From Parcubacteria group bacterium GW2011_GWA2_42_14 (GTDB taxonomy: Bacteria > Patescibacteriota > Minisyncoccia > Sungbacterales > GWA2-42-14), in NCBI GenBank assembly GCA_000998135.1, contig LCCV01000010.1, positions 9,073-73,072 of the forward strand: a DNA stretch of 64,000 bases, given 5' to 3'. A program made the position numbers and the translations under genes. Within the stretch, counting starts at the first letter, position 1; every line of letters starts with the position of its first letter. Below the pieces are notes generated by a model. It was not told where the DNA came from. It worked only from the letters and a program-made list of their open reading frames with translations, and did not search any database. Positions 7,702 to 17,104 of this stretch are shown piece after piece.

Positions 7702-9174
7702 CTAAAACGCCATCTCATATACCATTCTTCCGTCGCTCCAGTAAAGTTTTTGGTTTTGCGTGGAATAAATGAAGTTTTGCGCGAAGCCGTCAATTATTTT
7801 TTTAACAAAAAATCCTCCTCTATCGTCAATGTCGCTTACAAAAATTCCTTTTTGCGTAAGAACCATTATATGCTCGTTGTCATCGTCGTACCAAGCAGCT
7901 TTTTTGACCCGTTCGACCTTGCTCAGGGTCAATCCTGAGCTTGTCGAAGGATTGATTTTTTCGCTGGCGGCAGGAATTTTAATGTGAGTTCCGGCTTTGC
8001 GATATGGCTGATATGATTCATCTTTGATGAACAAAATATGCAATTCACTTTCTTTCCAGTATAAAAGTTTTTTTGCTTCAGAATCGAATTCAGCCCCCAG
8101 CACCGCGCCGTCAAACGGCTGGATTTCTGTCCCGCCGTTTTGCATAAAGAAAAGTCCGCCCGAAGCGTCAATTAAATAAATATCGCCGTTTTTTGATTCG
8201 CCGATTTTGGCCGCTTCTTTGCTTAAATATACCCCTTGTCTGCCGAGAACTTCCGTATTTTTTCCGTCCAGGCCGGTTCTGGCAAAAAAACCGTTTTTAA
8301 AAAGAGCAAGAATTTTATTTTCTCCAAAGCCCAAAGAATTGATATTTTCCAAGAGCGCCGTTGTCGAAGAATTCTGGTCATTTTTGAAATCCATGCCTGA
8401 TAACCTGCCGGATTCGTCAAGCACGAAAAGTTTATCAAAACCCGACTTATCAAACGCGTAAGACATTGCTTTAAGCGTTATTTCGTTATTGTCTTGGCGA
8501 TAAGTTATTTTTTCAGGAAGTTCTATTATGTCTTTTTTGGGCAAGGACGCCAAATTCATTAGGTGCCATATTTCACTTGCTTCTTTGAAAATAAGTTTTT
8601 GCGAGTTATTGTTCCACCATATCTGAATTATATTGTGTTTGGAAAAAAGAGAGGTTAAGGGGTTTTTTCCGAATCCGCCTGATTCTGCGAGATAAAGCGC
8701 GCCGTCTTTCTGGTCGCGGATAATAATTTTTGATTCATCGGGAGAAATTGATAAAAGGGCAAAGTTCGCGGTTGTGGTTCCATGGGTAGATTGTGTTTTG
8801 TTTTGGGCAATATCGGGCAGGAGCAAAATATTTCTTATTTCCGTGACTATTTCTTTTTGCACCTTTATAGTTTTTGACCACATTAAAAAACCATCTTTTT
8901 TGATTTCCACGGCGTATTCGCCCTCGTCAAGATTTCCCAAAAGCGCTCCGGAAGTGATAAAGGAAATTTCTTTGGCAAAGTTGTTGTTTAAAAATATTCG
9001 GTATCCGGAAGCGTTTGAGGATTTAAGAAAAATGCCCCCGGTTTTTATCAGGGTTTGGTTTTTTAAATTATAATAGTAGCCGAGGGAGTAAAGAATTACC
9101 GCCGGGGTTATGACGAGGAAGATTAAAACCGAGAGATAAAAAATTATTCGTCTTTTGGTCTTAGTTAATGACAT
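7702..9174 (-). CDS. Membrane-anchored PEGA-domain protein with beta-propeller-like C-terminus
   Basis: N-terminal TM, YSLGY, KTGGIFLKS, GEYAVEIKKDGF..WSK; carries an in-frame palindrome at 7905-7955. Confidence 0.8.
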   Translation of the reverse strand: MSLTKTKRRIIFYLSVLIFLVITPAVILYSLGYYYNLKNQTLIKTGGIFLKSSNASGYRIFLNNNFAKEISFITSGALLGNLDEGEYAVEIKKDGFLMWSKTIKVQKEIVTEIRNILLLPDIAQNKTQSTHGTTTANFALLSISPDESKIIIRDQKDGALYLAESGGFGKNPLTSLFSKHNIIQIWWNNNSQKLIFKEASEIWHLMNLASLPKKDIIELPEKITYRQDNNEITLKAMSYAFDKSGFDKLFVLDESGRLSGMDFKNDQNSSTTALLENINSLGFGENKILALFKNGFFARTGLDGKNTEVLGRQGVYLSKEAAKIGESKNGDIYLIDASGGLFFMQNGGTEIQPFDGAVLGAEFDSEAKKLLYWKESELHILFIKDESYQPYRKAGTHIKIPAASEKINPSTSSGLTLSKVERVKKAAWYDDDNEHIMVLTQKGIFVSDIDDRGGFFVKKIIDGFAQNFIYSTQNQKLYWSDGRMVYEMAF

Positions 9175-9328
9175 TTTTTAGTGACATGTGGCATGAAACA
9201 TGGGACTTGTCTCTTGTTACTTGTCGCATGTCTCTAAGGGAAAGTGTAGCGCATTTTTGAGGAAAATTAAATGGCCCCGCGGAGGTTTTTCCTCTTTGGG
9301 GCTTGGTGGTAAACTATATCAGAAATTA

Positions 9329-9685
9329 TTAGCGGAGTAAATCATTCATTCCCGCCTGTTGCAGGGCAAGACGGATACCTACGCTGACGCAGTATGGTTG
9401 GGATTCGTAATTTTTTAGGTCGTTCGGTAAATGTCCTCTGTGTTTGATGATTTTCAGTGTTCTTTTGAAGTAATCGTAAGTAAGGAAGCCAAACCCGGTC
9501 GCCATAAGGAGAAAACATGCAGCAAAGAATAATAGGATTATGACACCGATGAAGGTTTCGGTATATGCATGGAAAAGATCTAACCAAAAAGTGTTTATCG
9601 CCAAGACGACAATTAAGATTATTAAAGAAACATAGCCGAGAAGAGTGAAGCGATTTGCAATGACGCAACAAATATATTCTCGCAT
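9329..9685 (-). CDS. Hypothetical membrane protein (2 TM; cassette)
   Basis: Hydrophobic segments; GAGAGGGGG SD; own promoter. Confidence 0.75.
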   Translation of the reverse strand: MREYICCVIANRFTLLGYVSLIILIVVLAINTFWLDLFHAYTETFIGVIILLFFAACFLLMATGFGFLTYDYFKRTLKIIKHRGHLPNDLKNYESQPYCVSVGIRLALQQAGMNDLLR

Positions 9686-9736
9686 TTTACCCCCTCTCTT
9701 GGTTCGAGGAATCTCGATGCCATGGGATTTGTTTCT

Positions 9737-9765
9737 ATTTTAGCACACTATTTTATACTTGTCAA
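9737..9765 (-). promoter_or_regulatory. Sigma70-type promoter
   Basis: Minus strand TTGACA-17 bp-TAAAAT with extended TG. Confidence 0.75.
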
Positions 9766-9800
9766 TAGTTACAAAAAGGGCTTTTTTCTTTACTATAACC

Positions 9801-9893
9801 TTAGAAGCAATGGCAAACGCAAACGAGTACGCAACGTTTAACGCAATTGCGTTTAATTTTGCGTTGTATCTTGCGTTTAATTTTTGCTTCTAA
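9801..9893. repeat. AACGCAA/TTGCGTT periodic palindrome (related copy 30389-30479)
   Basis: TAGAAGCAA...TTGCTTCTA terminal inverted repeats in both copies, with internal ~11-12-bp periodicity. Confidence 0.85.
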
Positions 9894-9897
9894 TTCC

Positions 9898-11208
9898 ATG
9901 AATGAAAGATTTATAATTCAAGGCGGCAAACCTCTTCAGGGCACTATTGAAGTTAAGGGCGCTAAAAACTCTATCGGCAATTTGCTTATGGCGACTTTGT
10001 TGACCGATGAACCGTGTGTTTTGCAAAATGTTCCGGATAATAAAGAAACGGAAATTGTTTCGGGGATTTGCGCTGATATCGGCAGTAAGATTGAACGCGA
10101 TGGCGATACTCTTAAAATCCATACCTCGGAAATAAAGAATTCGCGGGTAAAAGAATTTTCAAGAAAAAATCGCATTCCGATTTTGGCTTTGGGTCCGCTT
10201 TTAATACGCGTTCAAGAAGCCGAAGTGCCGCTTTTGGGAGGAGATAAAATCGGCCCGCGGCCGGTTGATTTTCATATCGGAGCTTTGGAAAAATTAGGGG
10301 CGGAAATTGGGATAACTGATAATGCCTATATCGCGCGCGCCCAAAACGGGCTTCGCGGCGCAAATATTATTTTGCCTTATCCGAGTGTGGGTGCCACACA
10401 GAATATAATTCTTTCATCGGTTATGGCCGAGGGCAAAACTATTATATCTAATGCCGCAGTAGAGCCGGAAATTGTTGATTTGGTTCGTATGCTTCAGGAT
10501 ATGGGCTCCCTTATTGCCATTTTCCCGAACCGTACCATAAATATAGAAGGAGTTAAAAAACTTCGTGGCGTTACTCATCGTTTGATTCCGGACCGGCTGG
10601 AAACCGCTTCTTTCGGAATTTTGGCGGTTGCCACCAACGGAAATATTTTAGCAAAGAACGCATTGCAGGGACAGCTCGCGTCTTTCCTTAACGCGCTTCG
10701 CAGGGCAGGAGGAGATTATTCAATTGAGGAAAACGGCATTCGTTTTTTCAGGCACAATAACAGCGGCTGTTTTTTGAATCCGCTTAATATTGAAACCGAT
10801 ACTTATCCGGGATTTGTAACTGACTGGCAGCAGCCATTCGCGGTTCTTTTGACGCAGGCCGACGGCGAGTCAATCATTCATGAAACAGTTTATGAAGACC
10901 GTTTTAATTATGTTGAGGACCTGAACCGCATGGGAGCGAAAATGCGGGTGGAAACGCGTTGTTCGGGCGAGCTTCCTTGCAGATTTCAGGGAAAGTCGTA
11001 TAATCATACTTGTGTTATAAAGGGTTCTACGAAACTTAGTTCTGCCAAAGTTGAGATGCGCGATATTCGTTCCGGCATGGCTCACGTTGTTGCCGCGCTT
11101 CTCTCTGAAGGAGAGTCGGAGATTTCGGGAGTGGAGCATATTGATAGAGGGTATGAGAAGATTGATGAGAGATTAAGAAGTGTTGGTGCAGACATTCGGC
11201 GCGTATAA
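9898..11208 (+). CDS. murA: UDP-N-acetylglucosamine 1-carboxyvinyltransferase
   Basis: GAKNS, GGDKIGPRPVDFH (Asp at the Cys115-equivalent site), SVGAT, PGFVTDWQ, HIDRGYEKI. Confidence 0.95.
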   Translation: MNERFIIQGGKPLQGTIEVKGAKNSIGNLLMATLLTDEPCVLQNVPDNKETEIVSGICADIGSKIERDGDTLKIHTSEIKNSRVKEFSRKNRIPILALGPLLIRVQEAEVPLLGGDKIGPRPVDFHIGALEKLGAEIGITDNAYIARAQNGLRGANIILPYPSVGATQNIILSSVMAEGKTIISNAAVEPEIVDLVRMLQDMGSLIAIFPNRTINIEGVKKLRGVTHRLIPDRLETASFGILAVATNGNILAKNALQGQLASFLNALRRAGGDYSIEENGIRFFRHNNSGCFLNPLNIETDTYPGFVTDWQQPFAVLLTQADGESIIHETVYEDRFNYVEDLNRMGAKMRVETRCSGELPCRFQGKSYNHTCVIKGSTKLSSAKVEMRDIRSGMAHVVAALLSEGESEISGVEHIDRGYEKIDERLRSVGADIRRV

Positions 11209-11274
11209 GCGGTTAGCGCTTAGCGGTTAGCGTTTAGTATCCTAAACCCTAAACCCTAAACCCTAAACCCTAAA
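11209..11274. repeat. 7-bp-periodic hairpin (GCGNTTA)n/(CCCTAAA)n
   Basis: Fills almost the whole murA-mreB spacer. Confidence 0.85.
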
Positions 11275-11277
11275 ATA

Positions 11278-12285
11278 TTGTTTATCAAAAAAATTGGAAT
11301 TGATTTAGGCACAGCCAACACTCTTGTATTTATCCCTGGAAAGGGCGTGGTTATTAATGAGCCGTCGGTGGTTGCCGTGTCCACGGATGACAATAAAGTT
11401 CTTGCGGTTGGAAATCAGGCCAGGGATATGATTGGTAAAACCCCGGAAACTATCGTGGCCTACAGGCCGTTGAAAGACGGCGTTATTGCCGATTACCGGG
11501 TAACAGAAGCAATGCTTCGCTATTTTATTGACAGCGCTGCCGGGCGTTTTCGTTTGTTTAAGCCGGAAGTAATGGTTAGTGTTCCCGCGGGAGTTACCTC
11601 AACCGAAAGAAGGGCGGTTATTGAAGCCACTATGAATGCCGGGGCCAAAGCCGCCTATGTTGTAAAAGAGCCGGTTTTGGCGGCTATAGGCGCGGGTATT
11701 CCGATTAATGAGCCGGCAGGACACATGGTTGTGGATATCGGCGGAGGCACAACTGACGTGGCCGTGATTTCTCTTGGGGGAATTGTGGCTTCAACTTCGG
11801 TAAAAGTTGCCGGAAATAAGTTTGACCAGGCCATAGCCGAATATATCAAGAAAAATTATAATCTTGCCATCGGCGACAGAACCGCGGAAGATATAAAAAT
11901 AAAAATCGGTTCGGCCGTTCCTATACAGGATGAATTGTCAATACAAATTAAAGGACGGGATTTGATGACCGGTTTACCAAGAAATATTGAAATATTTACC
12001 CAAGAGGTTACCGAGGCCATTTCTTATGAATTGGACGAAGTAATTCGCGCTATTAAAAAAGTTTTGCAGGATACTCCACCCGAACTTGCGGCCGATATTA
12101 TGGAAAGGGGAATTGTGATGACCGGCGGTTCGTCTTTACTGCGAAATATAGGGGAGCTGGTTTTTCAGGAAACCGGGGTTGAGGCCCATATTGCCGAAGA
12201 CGCGCTTTTGTGCGTGGCCAAAGGAACCGGGATTGCGCTTGAGCACCTGGATGTTTATAAGAAAAGCATTAAGTCTAAAAGATAA
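11278..12285 (+). CDS. mreB: Rod shape-determining protein MreB/Mbl (copy 1)
   Basis: IGIDLGTANT, EPSVVA, DIGGGTTD, TPPELAAD. Confidence 0.95.
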   Translation: MFIKKIGIDLGTANTLVFIPGKGVVINEPSVVAVSTDDNKVLAVGNQARDMIGKTPETIVAYRPLKDGVIADYRVTEAMLRYFIDSAAGRFRLFKPEVMVSVPAGVTSTERRAVIEATMNAGAKAAYVVKEPVLAAIGAGIPINEPAGHMVVDIGGGTTDVAVISLGGIVASTSVKVAGNKFDQAIAEYIKKNYNLAIGDRTAEDIKIKIGSAVPIQDELSIQIKGRDLMTGLPRNIEIFTQEVTEAISYELDEVIRAIKKVLQDTPPELAADIMERGIVMTGGSSLLRNIGELVFQETGVEAHIAEDALLCVAKGTGIALEHLDVYKKSIKSKR

Positions 12286-12310
12286 GCTTGATTCGTTGGT
12301 GGTTGGTTAA

Positions 12311-12349
12311 TAAAAAAGCGGGCGAGGGATTCGCGCCGCTTATTTTATT
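12311..12349 (-). terminator. Terminator hairpin, identical copy at 13036-13074
   Basis: TAAAAAAGCGGGCGAGGGATTCGCGCCGCTTATTTTATT occurs twice. Confidence 0.8.
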
Positions 12350-12371
12350 TTTCGTCCGCAAGAACAATTTT

Positions 12372-12647
12372 TTATTCGCCAAACCTCCAGCACGTCATGG
12401 CTTTGTGTTCTTCCATAAGACGGTCGTATTCTGCCTGGTTGTTTGCTTCCAGCGCGGCTTTAGCCGCTTTTTCCGTAGCAATTTCCATGTCCATAAAATC
12501 ATCATCCCCAATGGGTAGCTTTTTTTCTAAAGCTTCTTGGAAAGCAGCCACTAATTCCTCTTTTTTCTTAAGAAGTTCCTGAAAACGCGTTTCTTTTTCT
12601 GCCGGCGAGATTTTCGGTATTTGATTGTTTTCAATACCCTCGTTCAT
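12372..12647 (-). CDS. Hypothetical acidic helical protein
   Basis: 91-aa ORF with plausible composition, co-oriented with neighbours. Confidence 0.7.
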   Translation of the reverse strand: MNEGIENNQIPKISPAEKETRFQELLKKKEELVAAFQEALEKKLPIGDDDFMDMEIATEKAAKAALEANNQAEYDRLMEEHKAMTCWRFGE

Positions 12648-12685
12648 ATTTTTAGCATTTTATTGACCTTTTAAAATATTCAGAT

Positions 12686-12895
12686 TTAAAAATCTTCCCC
12701 ATATCTCCATGTGAGTATTCGCGCTTTTTCATGCGGAGCCGCCCGTTCTGCGGTCAAGGTGTCGTCGTCTCCGTATGGCAAGCTTTCCTGTAAAGCATAA
12801 TTAATTGCCTCCCAGCCCTTGCCCCGTCTCAAAAGGTCTGCCCTGATACCTTCTTTTTGTTCCGGTGAGTTAATACTTTCAAAACCAAAACCCAT
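12686..12895 (-). CDS. Hypothetical protein
   Basis: 69-aa ORF; TTGACA..TATACT promoter upstream (~12925-12952). Confidence 0.65.
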   Translation of the reverse strand: MGFGFESINSPEQKEGIRADLLRRGKGWEAINYALQESLPYGDDDTLTAERAAPHEKARILTWRYGEDF

Positions 12896-13064
12896 ATTTT
12901 TTGACTTGCTATGATTTATAACTATAGTATATGCTTTTAAACGCGCATGTCAAGCTTCTGGGTATTTACGTAAATTTGGTAAGTAATATGCTTAAGCATA
13001 TTTTACTTGCTAATTTTAGGATTAAAAAATAGGCTTAAAAAAGCGGGCGAGGGATTCGCGCCGC

Positions 13065-13820
13065 TTATTTTATTGCCGGCTTCATTATTTTGGTTTGTTT
13101 TTCTGGACTCTCCGGCCAGCCGGAAATGACCTCCCCAACCATTTCAATGGCGCGATTGAGCGGGACTTCAGGTCCGGGTCCCAGTCCGAATTTGCGCGGA
13201 TTTCCTTCTTCTCCAGAGAACCAAATTGCTTGTGACTTTTTCCCTCTGCCGCGTTCAAAAATCACGCTGATGCGGCCGCAAAAATTACTTGTTTTTAGAT
13301 TGGTTTTCCTAAACCGTCCTACGCGCAGCGAGTGTTTATTAATCAGGTTATATAATCCCTTTTGCCAGACGGCGCTATTAAAACGGTCTGCTAACTGCCA
13401 TAATACATTATATTGAGCATCCCAATATGATTTGAGATGTTCTTCAAGATTGGAAAATCCGGTTGCCTGTACCAGTAGTTTTGTAAAACTAAGAATCGTT
13501 TTGTGGCGCGTTATTTCTTCCGCACCAGATGAAAGAAGTGCCGTTATGGATGAAAGTCTGTAGTCGGTAAAAGGACCGAGCTGTTGCTCGTGCTGCGGCA
13601 GGCGGGCGTCGTCTTCAATTCTTTTTGCAATGACCGGGGCGAGATAATCCAGCGCGTTATCGTGGGGACGGGTTGGAAGATCGGATGAAGCAAGAAAATC
13701 AGCGAGTACTTGTGCCTGAAAACTTGCATAAAAAAGATGAGGTTTTTTCTCATTATTTTTCGCAAACTCTTTGAGCCGTTTAAGCAAATCATCTTTATTC
13801 ATGAAGTTTTCAAAGGGCAT
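13065..13820 (-). CDS. Hypothetical protein (cassette)
   Basis: 251-aa ORF with GGGGGA SD, TTGACT promoter and own terminator. Confidence 0.75.
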   Translation of the reverse strand: MPFENFMNKDDLLKRLKEFAKNNEKKPHLFYASFQAQVLADFLASSDLPTRPHDNALDYLAPVIAKRIEDDARLPQHEQQLGPFTDYRLSSITALLSSGAEEITRHKTILSFTKLLVQATGFSNLEEHLKSYWDAQYNVLWQLADRFNSAVWQKGLYNLINKHSLRVGRFRKTNLKTSNFCGRISVIFERGRGKKSQAIWFSGEEGNPRKFGLGPGPEVPLNRAIEMVGEVISGWPESPEKQTKIMKPAIK

Positions 13821-13908
13821 TGCGCGTCCCCCTTATTAAGGTATTGCGCTGTCTATTAGTAACAAACCTATTTTAAATAGTCAACGGCAATATGTATAAA
13901 CTAGGGGC

Positions 13909-13937
13909 TTGAATTTTTTATTCAATATGCTAATATT
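13909..13937 (+). promoter_or_regulatory. Toxin-antitoxin promoter with inverted-repeat operator
   Basis: TTGAAT-N5-ATTCAA palindrome overlapping the -35; TGCTAATAT -10. Confidence 0.55.
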
Positions 13938-13942
13938 TAACC

Positions 13943-14140
13943 ATGACCACCATTACTATTCCTAAAAAATTAATAAATGGCGACAATTTCATATTGGTAG
14001 AAAAGGAAGATTTTGAAAGGTTAAATAAGGAAAATACTGAGTTGCGTTTGGCGGTTAAGGCTATATTAGCCGGGGAAATTGCCCTTAGAAATGGCAAAAC
14101 CAGGTCTTTTAAGCAATTCCTGAAATCTCGTCATGGCTAA
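13943..14140 (+). CDS. Putative type II antitoxin
   Basis: Small ORF overlapping a RelE-like gene; MTTITIPKKL.. and GE..LRNGKTRS pattern. Confidence 0.75.
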   Translation: MTTITIPKKLINGDNFILVEKEDFERLNKENTELRLAVKAILAGEIALRNGKTRSFKQFLKSRHG

Positions 14141-14402
14141 AATAAATCTTTCGCACACCTCTCCATATTTTGAAAGACAGTTTGATAAATTACCTGGTCA
14201 TCTTAAAAAAATAGCTACTCGAAAAATACTCCTATTTGAAAATAATCCATTTCACCCAAGCCTTAATACACACAAACTTAAAGGCGCCCTATCTTTATAC
14301 TGGGCGTTTTATATTACAAAAGCATATCGTGTTATGCTCCGTTTTCTTGATAATAACGAGGTTATTTATTACGATATTGATACGCACGATATTTATGAAT
14401 AA
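14133..14402 (+). CDS. RelE/ParE-superfamily toxin (mRNA interferase)
   Basis: FERQFDKLP, NPFHPSLNTHKLKG, YRV, DIDTHDIY. Confidence 0.85.
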   Translation: MAKINLSHTSPYFERQFDKLPGHLKKIATRKILLFENNPFHPSLNTHKLKGALSLYWAFYITKAYRVMLRFLDNNEVIYYDIDTHDIYE

Positions 14403-14414
14403 TATTTGAGTAGT

Positions 14415-15314
14415 ATGCTAAAGATTATAGGTCATAAACGTCAAGTTGAATACTTGAAAAAAGTGCGTGAGCGCGGAACTTTTGCCCACGCGTATTTATT
14501 TTTTGGGCCGGAGAACGTCGGGAAATTGCATATAGCCCATGAGTGGGCAAAATTGTTTTTTGAATCGGCGGATTGGCGCGCGATAGATGAAAACCGCCAT
14601 CCGGATTTTATCTATCTTTCCAGGGAAAAATTGTTGGTATCCGACAATCAAAAAGAAATAGGTGTTGATGATATTTTGGAACTAAGACATCTGGCGTCTT
14701 TGAGTTCTAATTCGGGCGGCCATAAATTTATGGTAATTGACGGAGCGGATGATATGTCGGATACAGCCCAAAACAGTCTTTTAAAAATACTTGAAGAGCC
14801 GCCGCCAAAAACCGTATTTATTTTAATTACCGATTCTTTAGAGGGACTTCTTCCGACAATTGTTTCGCGAACAGTGCCGATGGAATTTTCTTTTGTCGCG
14901 GATGATGACCTGATTCCATTGCTTGATGAATCGGATGTCGGCGCGCCAAAAAAAGAAAAAATTTTGACTATTTCTTCCGGCAGGCCGGGAATTGCCATTC
15001 GTGCCGTATCCGACAAAGATTATTTGGAAAACGAATGGCTGTTTTATGAATCTTTTAAAAAAGTTTTTGATTCCGACGCGCTAAGCCAGTTTTTATATTC
15101 GCAAAAGATTTGTCAGGAACCGGAAACTGTTGAAAAATTTCTCTTTTTTTTATTGTCCGAATTAAGGAAGAAACTCGTTTTTAACGAAAATTATGGTTGG
15201 GAAGCGGTTGGGTCATGCAAGGAGGTTTTTAATAGTAGCGATTTATTAAGAAAAACTAATGTAAATAAAAGGATGTTATTGGATAATATATTTTTAGAGA
15301 CATGCGATAAGTGA
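14415..15314 (+). CDS. holB: DNA polymerase III delta' subunit
   Basis: HAYLFFGPENVGK, HPDF, AQNSLLKILEEPP, LLPTIVSR. Confidence 0.9.
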   Translation: MLKIIGHKRQVEYLKKVRERGTFAHAYLFFGPENVGKLHIAHEWAKLFFESADWRAIDENRHPDFIYLSREKLLVSDNQKEIGVDDILELRHLASLSSNSGGHKFMVIDGADDMSDTAQNSLLKILEEPPPKTVFILITDSLEGLLPTIVSRTVPMEFSFVADDDLIPLLDESDVGAPKKEKILTISSGRPGIAIRAVSDKDYLENEWLFYESFKKVFDSDALSQFLYSQKICQEPETVEKFLFFLLSELRKKLVFNENYGWEAVGSCKEVFNSSDLLRKTNVNKRMLLDNIFLETCDK

Positions 15315-15360
15315 CAAGAGACATGTTCCATGTTTCATGTCACATGTTACTAAAAGGGTT

Positions 15361-16485
15361 ATGAAAGGATTATTTATAACAATAGGTATTATTATGACTC
15401 TGGGTCTTGTTTTGGTCGTTATTTTGCCGTTCATGCTGGGATATTCTTCTGAATCCAGGCCCTCATCCGGCAGTTCGGTAAAAACCAAGGATGATATAGG
15501 TTTTTTTAAATCTCAAGACGGAGGCGCTTCTTGGGAGAAAAAAAACGAATCGGAAGAAAGAATTCCCATTAATGCCTTTTCTATTTTGGATTTTGCATTT
15601 TACCCGGCCCTTGTGGACAAGAGCGGGGTTTATTTGAAAGACTCTAAAATAATTTTTGTCGGCACCAAGGGCGGGGGGCTTTGGAAAACCGAGGACGGCG
15701 CCAACTCTTGGAAGAAAGTTTCGGATAAAAATAAAATTCTTGAGGCAGATGCCTGGGTTCATAAAATCGCTATTTCCAAGTCCAATCCTGATGAAATGTA
15801 TCTGGCGGTTTTTCAAAAAAACAGAGGCCGGATTTTAAAAAGCAGCGACGGCGGAAATTCTTTTATAGAAGTTTATTTTACGCCTCTGGAAAAATTCGGA
15901 GTTTTTGATGTATTTGTTGATGAGGCGGGAACGGTTTTTATAGTTACCGGCCAGGGGGGATTTTTTGAAAGCCGGGACCATGGAAAAACCTGGAAAATAG
16001 TCCGTTGGTTTAAGGACGGTTTGATTGAATTGGCGGTTAATCCCAATAATTATTCCACAATGTATGTTTTAAGTCCTCCCGGAAATATTTTTAAAACCCC
16101 GGATAAGGGAAAATCATGGATAGATATTACTCCGGCCTTATCAGAATTTGACGGGGCAAAAATCAACCAGTACTTGTATATTGATCCGGCGTCGTCCAAT
16201 TTGTTTCTTGCTTCCAATTACGGTCTTTTGAAATCTTCTTCAGGTGGAGTTTCCTGGGACCATGTTCGGGTAATAATTCCTCCGGAAGCATTGCCGGCCT
16301 TGGCCGTTGCTACCGATCCGCGCAATGCCGGCATTATTTATGTTTCTGCTTCCAGCCAGCTTTATAAAAGCAGTGACGGAGGCACAAGCTGGTCGGTGGC
16401 GAATTCGCCTTCCGGCAAGAAATTAACCATGCTTAAGATTGACCCGAAAAATCCGGAGGTGATGTACGCGGTAGTATCAAAATAA
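15361..16485 (+). CDS. Membrane-anchored BNR/Asp-box (YCF48/sortilin-like) beta-propeller protein
   Basis: Repeated SxDGGxSW Asp boxes; N-terminal TM. Confidence 0.85.
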   Translation: MKGLFITIGIIMTLGLVLVVILPFMLGYSSESRPSSGSSVKTKDDIGFFKSQDGGASWEKKNESEERIPINAFSILDFAFYPALVDKSGVYLKDSKIIFVGTKGGGLWKTEDGANSWKKVSDKNKILEADAWVHKIAISKSNPDEMYLAVFQKNRGRILKSSDGGNSFIEVYFTPLEKFGVFDVFVDEAGTVFIVTGQGGFFESRDHGKTWKIVRWFKDGLIELAVNPNNYSTMYVLSPPGNIFKTPDKGKSWIDITPALSEFDGAKINQYLYIDPASSNLFLASNYGLLKSSSGGVSWDHVRVIIPPEALPALAVATDPRNAGIIYVSASSQLYKSSDGGTSWSVANSPSGKKLTMLKIDPKNPEVMYAVVSK

Positions 16486-16547
16486 CCAACAACTCACAAC
16501 TCACAACAACGATATGTGCTGTAAGTTGTGAGTTATGGGTTGTGGCT
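16485..16547. repeat. 7-bp-periodic hairpin, (ACAACYN)n/(GTTGTNR)n family (related at 36013-36043, 44364-44429)
   Basis: accaacaactcacaactcacaac ... gtaagttgtgagttatgggttgtgg. Confidence 0.85.
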
Positions 16548-16553
16548 TAAGCT

Positions 16554-17096
16554 ATGGAATCGCTGAAAGAAAAATTAAATAAAATTATAGAGCATTTTAA
16601 AAGTGAGATTGCCGTTTTAAGGACCGGGCGGGCAACACCCGCGCTGGTTGAGAATTTGCCGGTTGATTACTACGGAACAAAAACTCCCTTAAAGGCGCTG
16701 GCTTCTATTTCTACGCCTGACCCGCGTCAAATTTTGATTCAGCCGTGGGATAAAGGAGCGCTTCAGCCGATTGAAAAAGCGATTCAGGTTTCGCAATTGG
16801 GATTGAATCCGGCGGTTGACGGCGTTTATATCCGTCTTAATCTTCCGCAATTAACAGAGGAACGAAGAAAGGACTTGATTAAACTTTTGGGGCAAAAAGC
16901 AGAAGAAACGAAAATTTCCGTAAGAAAAACACGGGAGGAAGCATTAAGAGAAGTTGACGAACAAGAAAAGAAAAAAGAAATATCCGAAGACGAAAAATTC
17001 CGTAAAAAATCAGAGGCCCAGAAAACCGTAGATGAAATTAATAAAAAGATTGAAGAAATAGTGAATGGAAAAGAAAAAGAGATAATGAACGGATAA
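16554..17096 (+). CDS. frr: Ribosome recycling factor
   Basis: LRTGRATP, IQPWD, LTEERRKDL, ISEDE. Confidence 0.97.
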   Translation: MESLKEKLNKIIEHFKSEIAVLRTGRATPALVENLPVDYYGTKTPLKALASISTPDPRQILIQPWDKGALQPIEKAIQVSQLGLNPAVDGVYIRLNLPQLTEERRKDLIKLLGQKAEETKISVRKTREEALREVDEQEKKKEISEDEKFRKKSEAQKTVDEINKKIEEIVNGKEKEIMNG

Positions 17097-17104
17097 AAAA
17101 TAAA

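Noticed and set aside
11241-11274. (CCCTAAA)n identical to the plant telomere repeat
   Set aside because: Only 4-5 units, forming one arm of a heptamer hairpin between murA and mreB. It belongs to the local repeat family and is not eukaryotic contamination.
13943-14402. Toxin-antitoxin pair as a novel defence system
   Set aside because: It is an ordinary RelE/ParE-type type II module.
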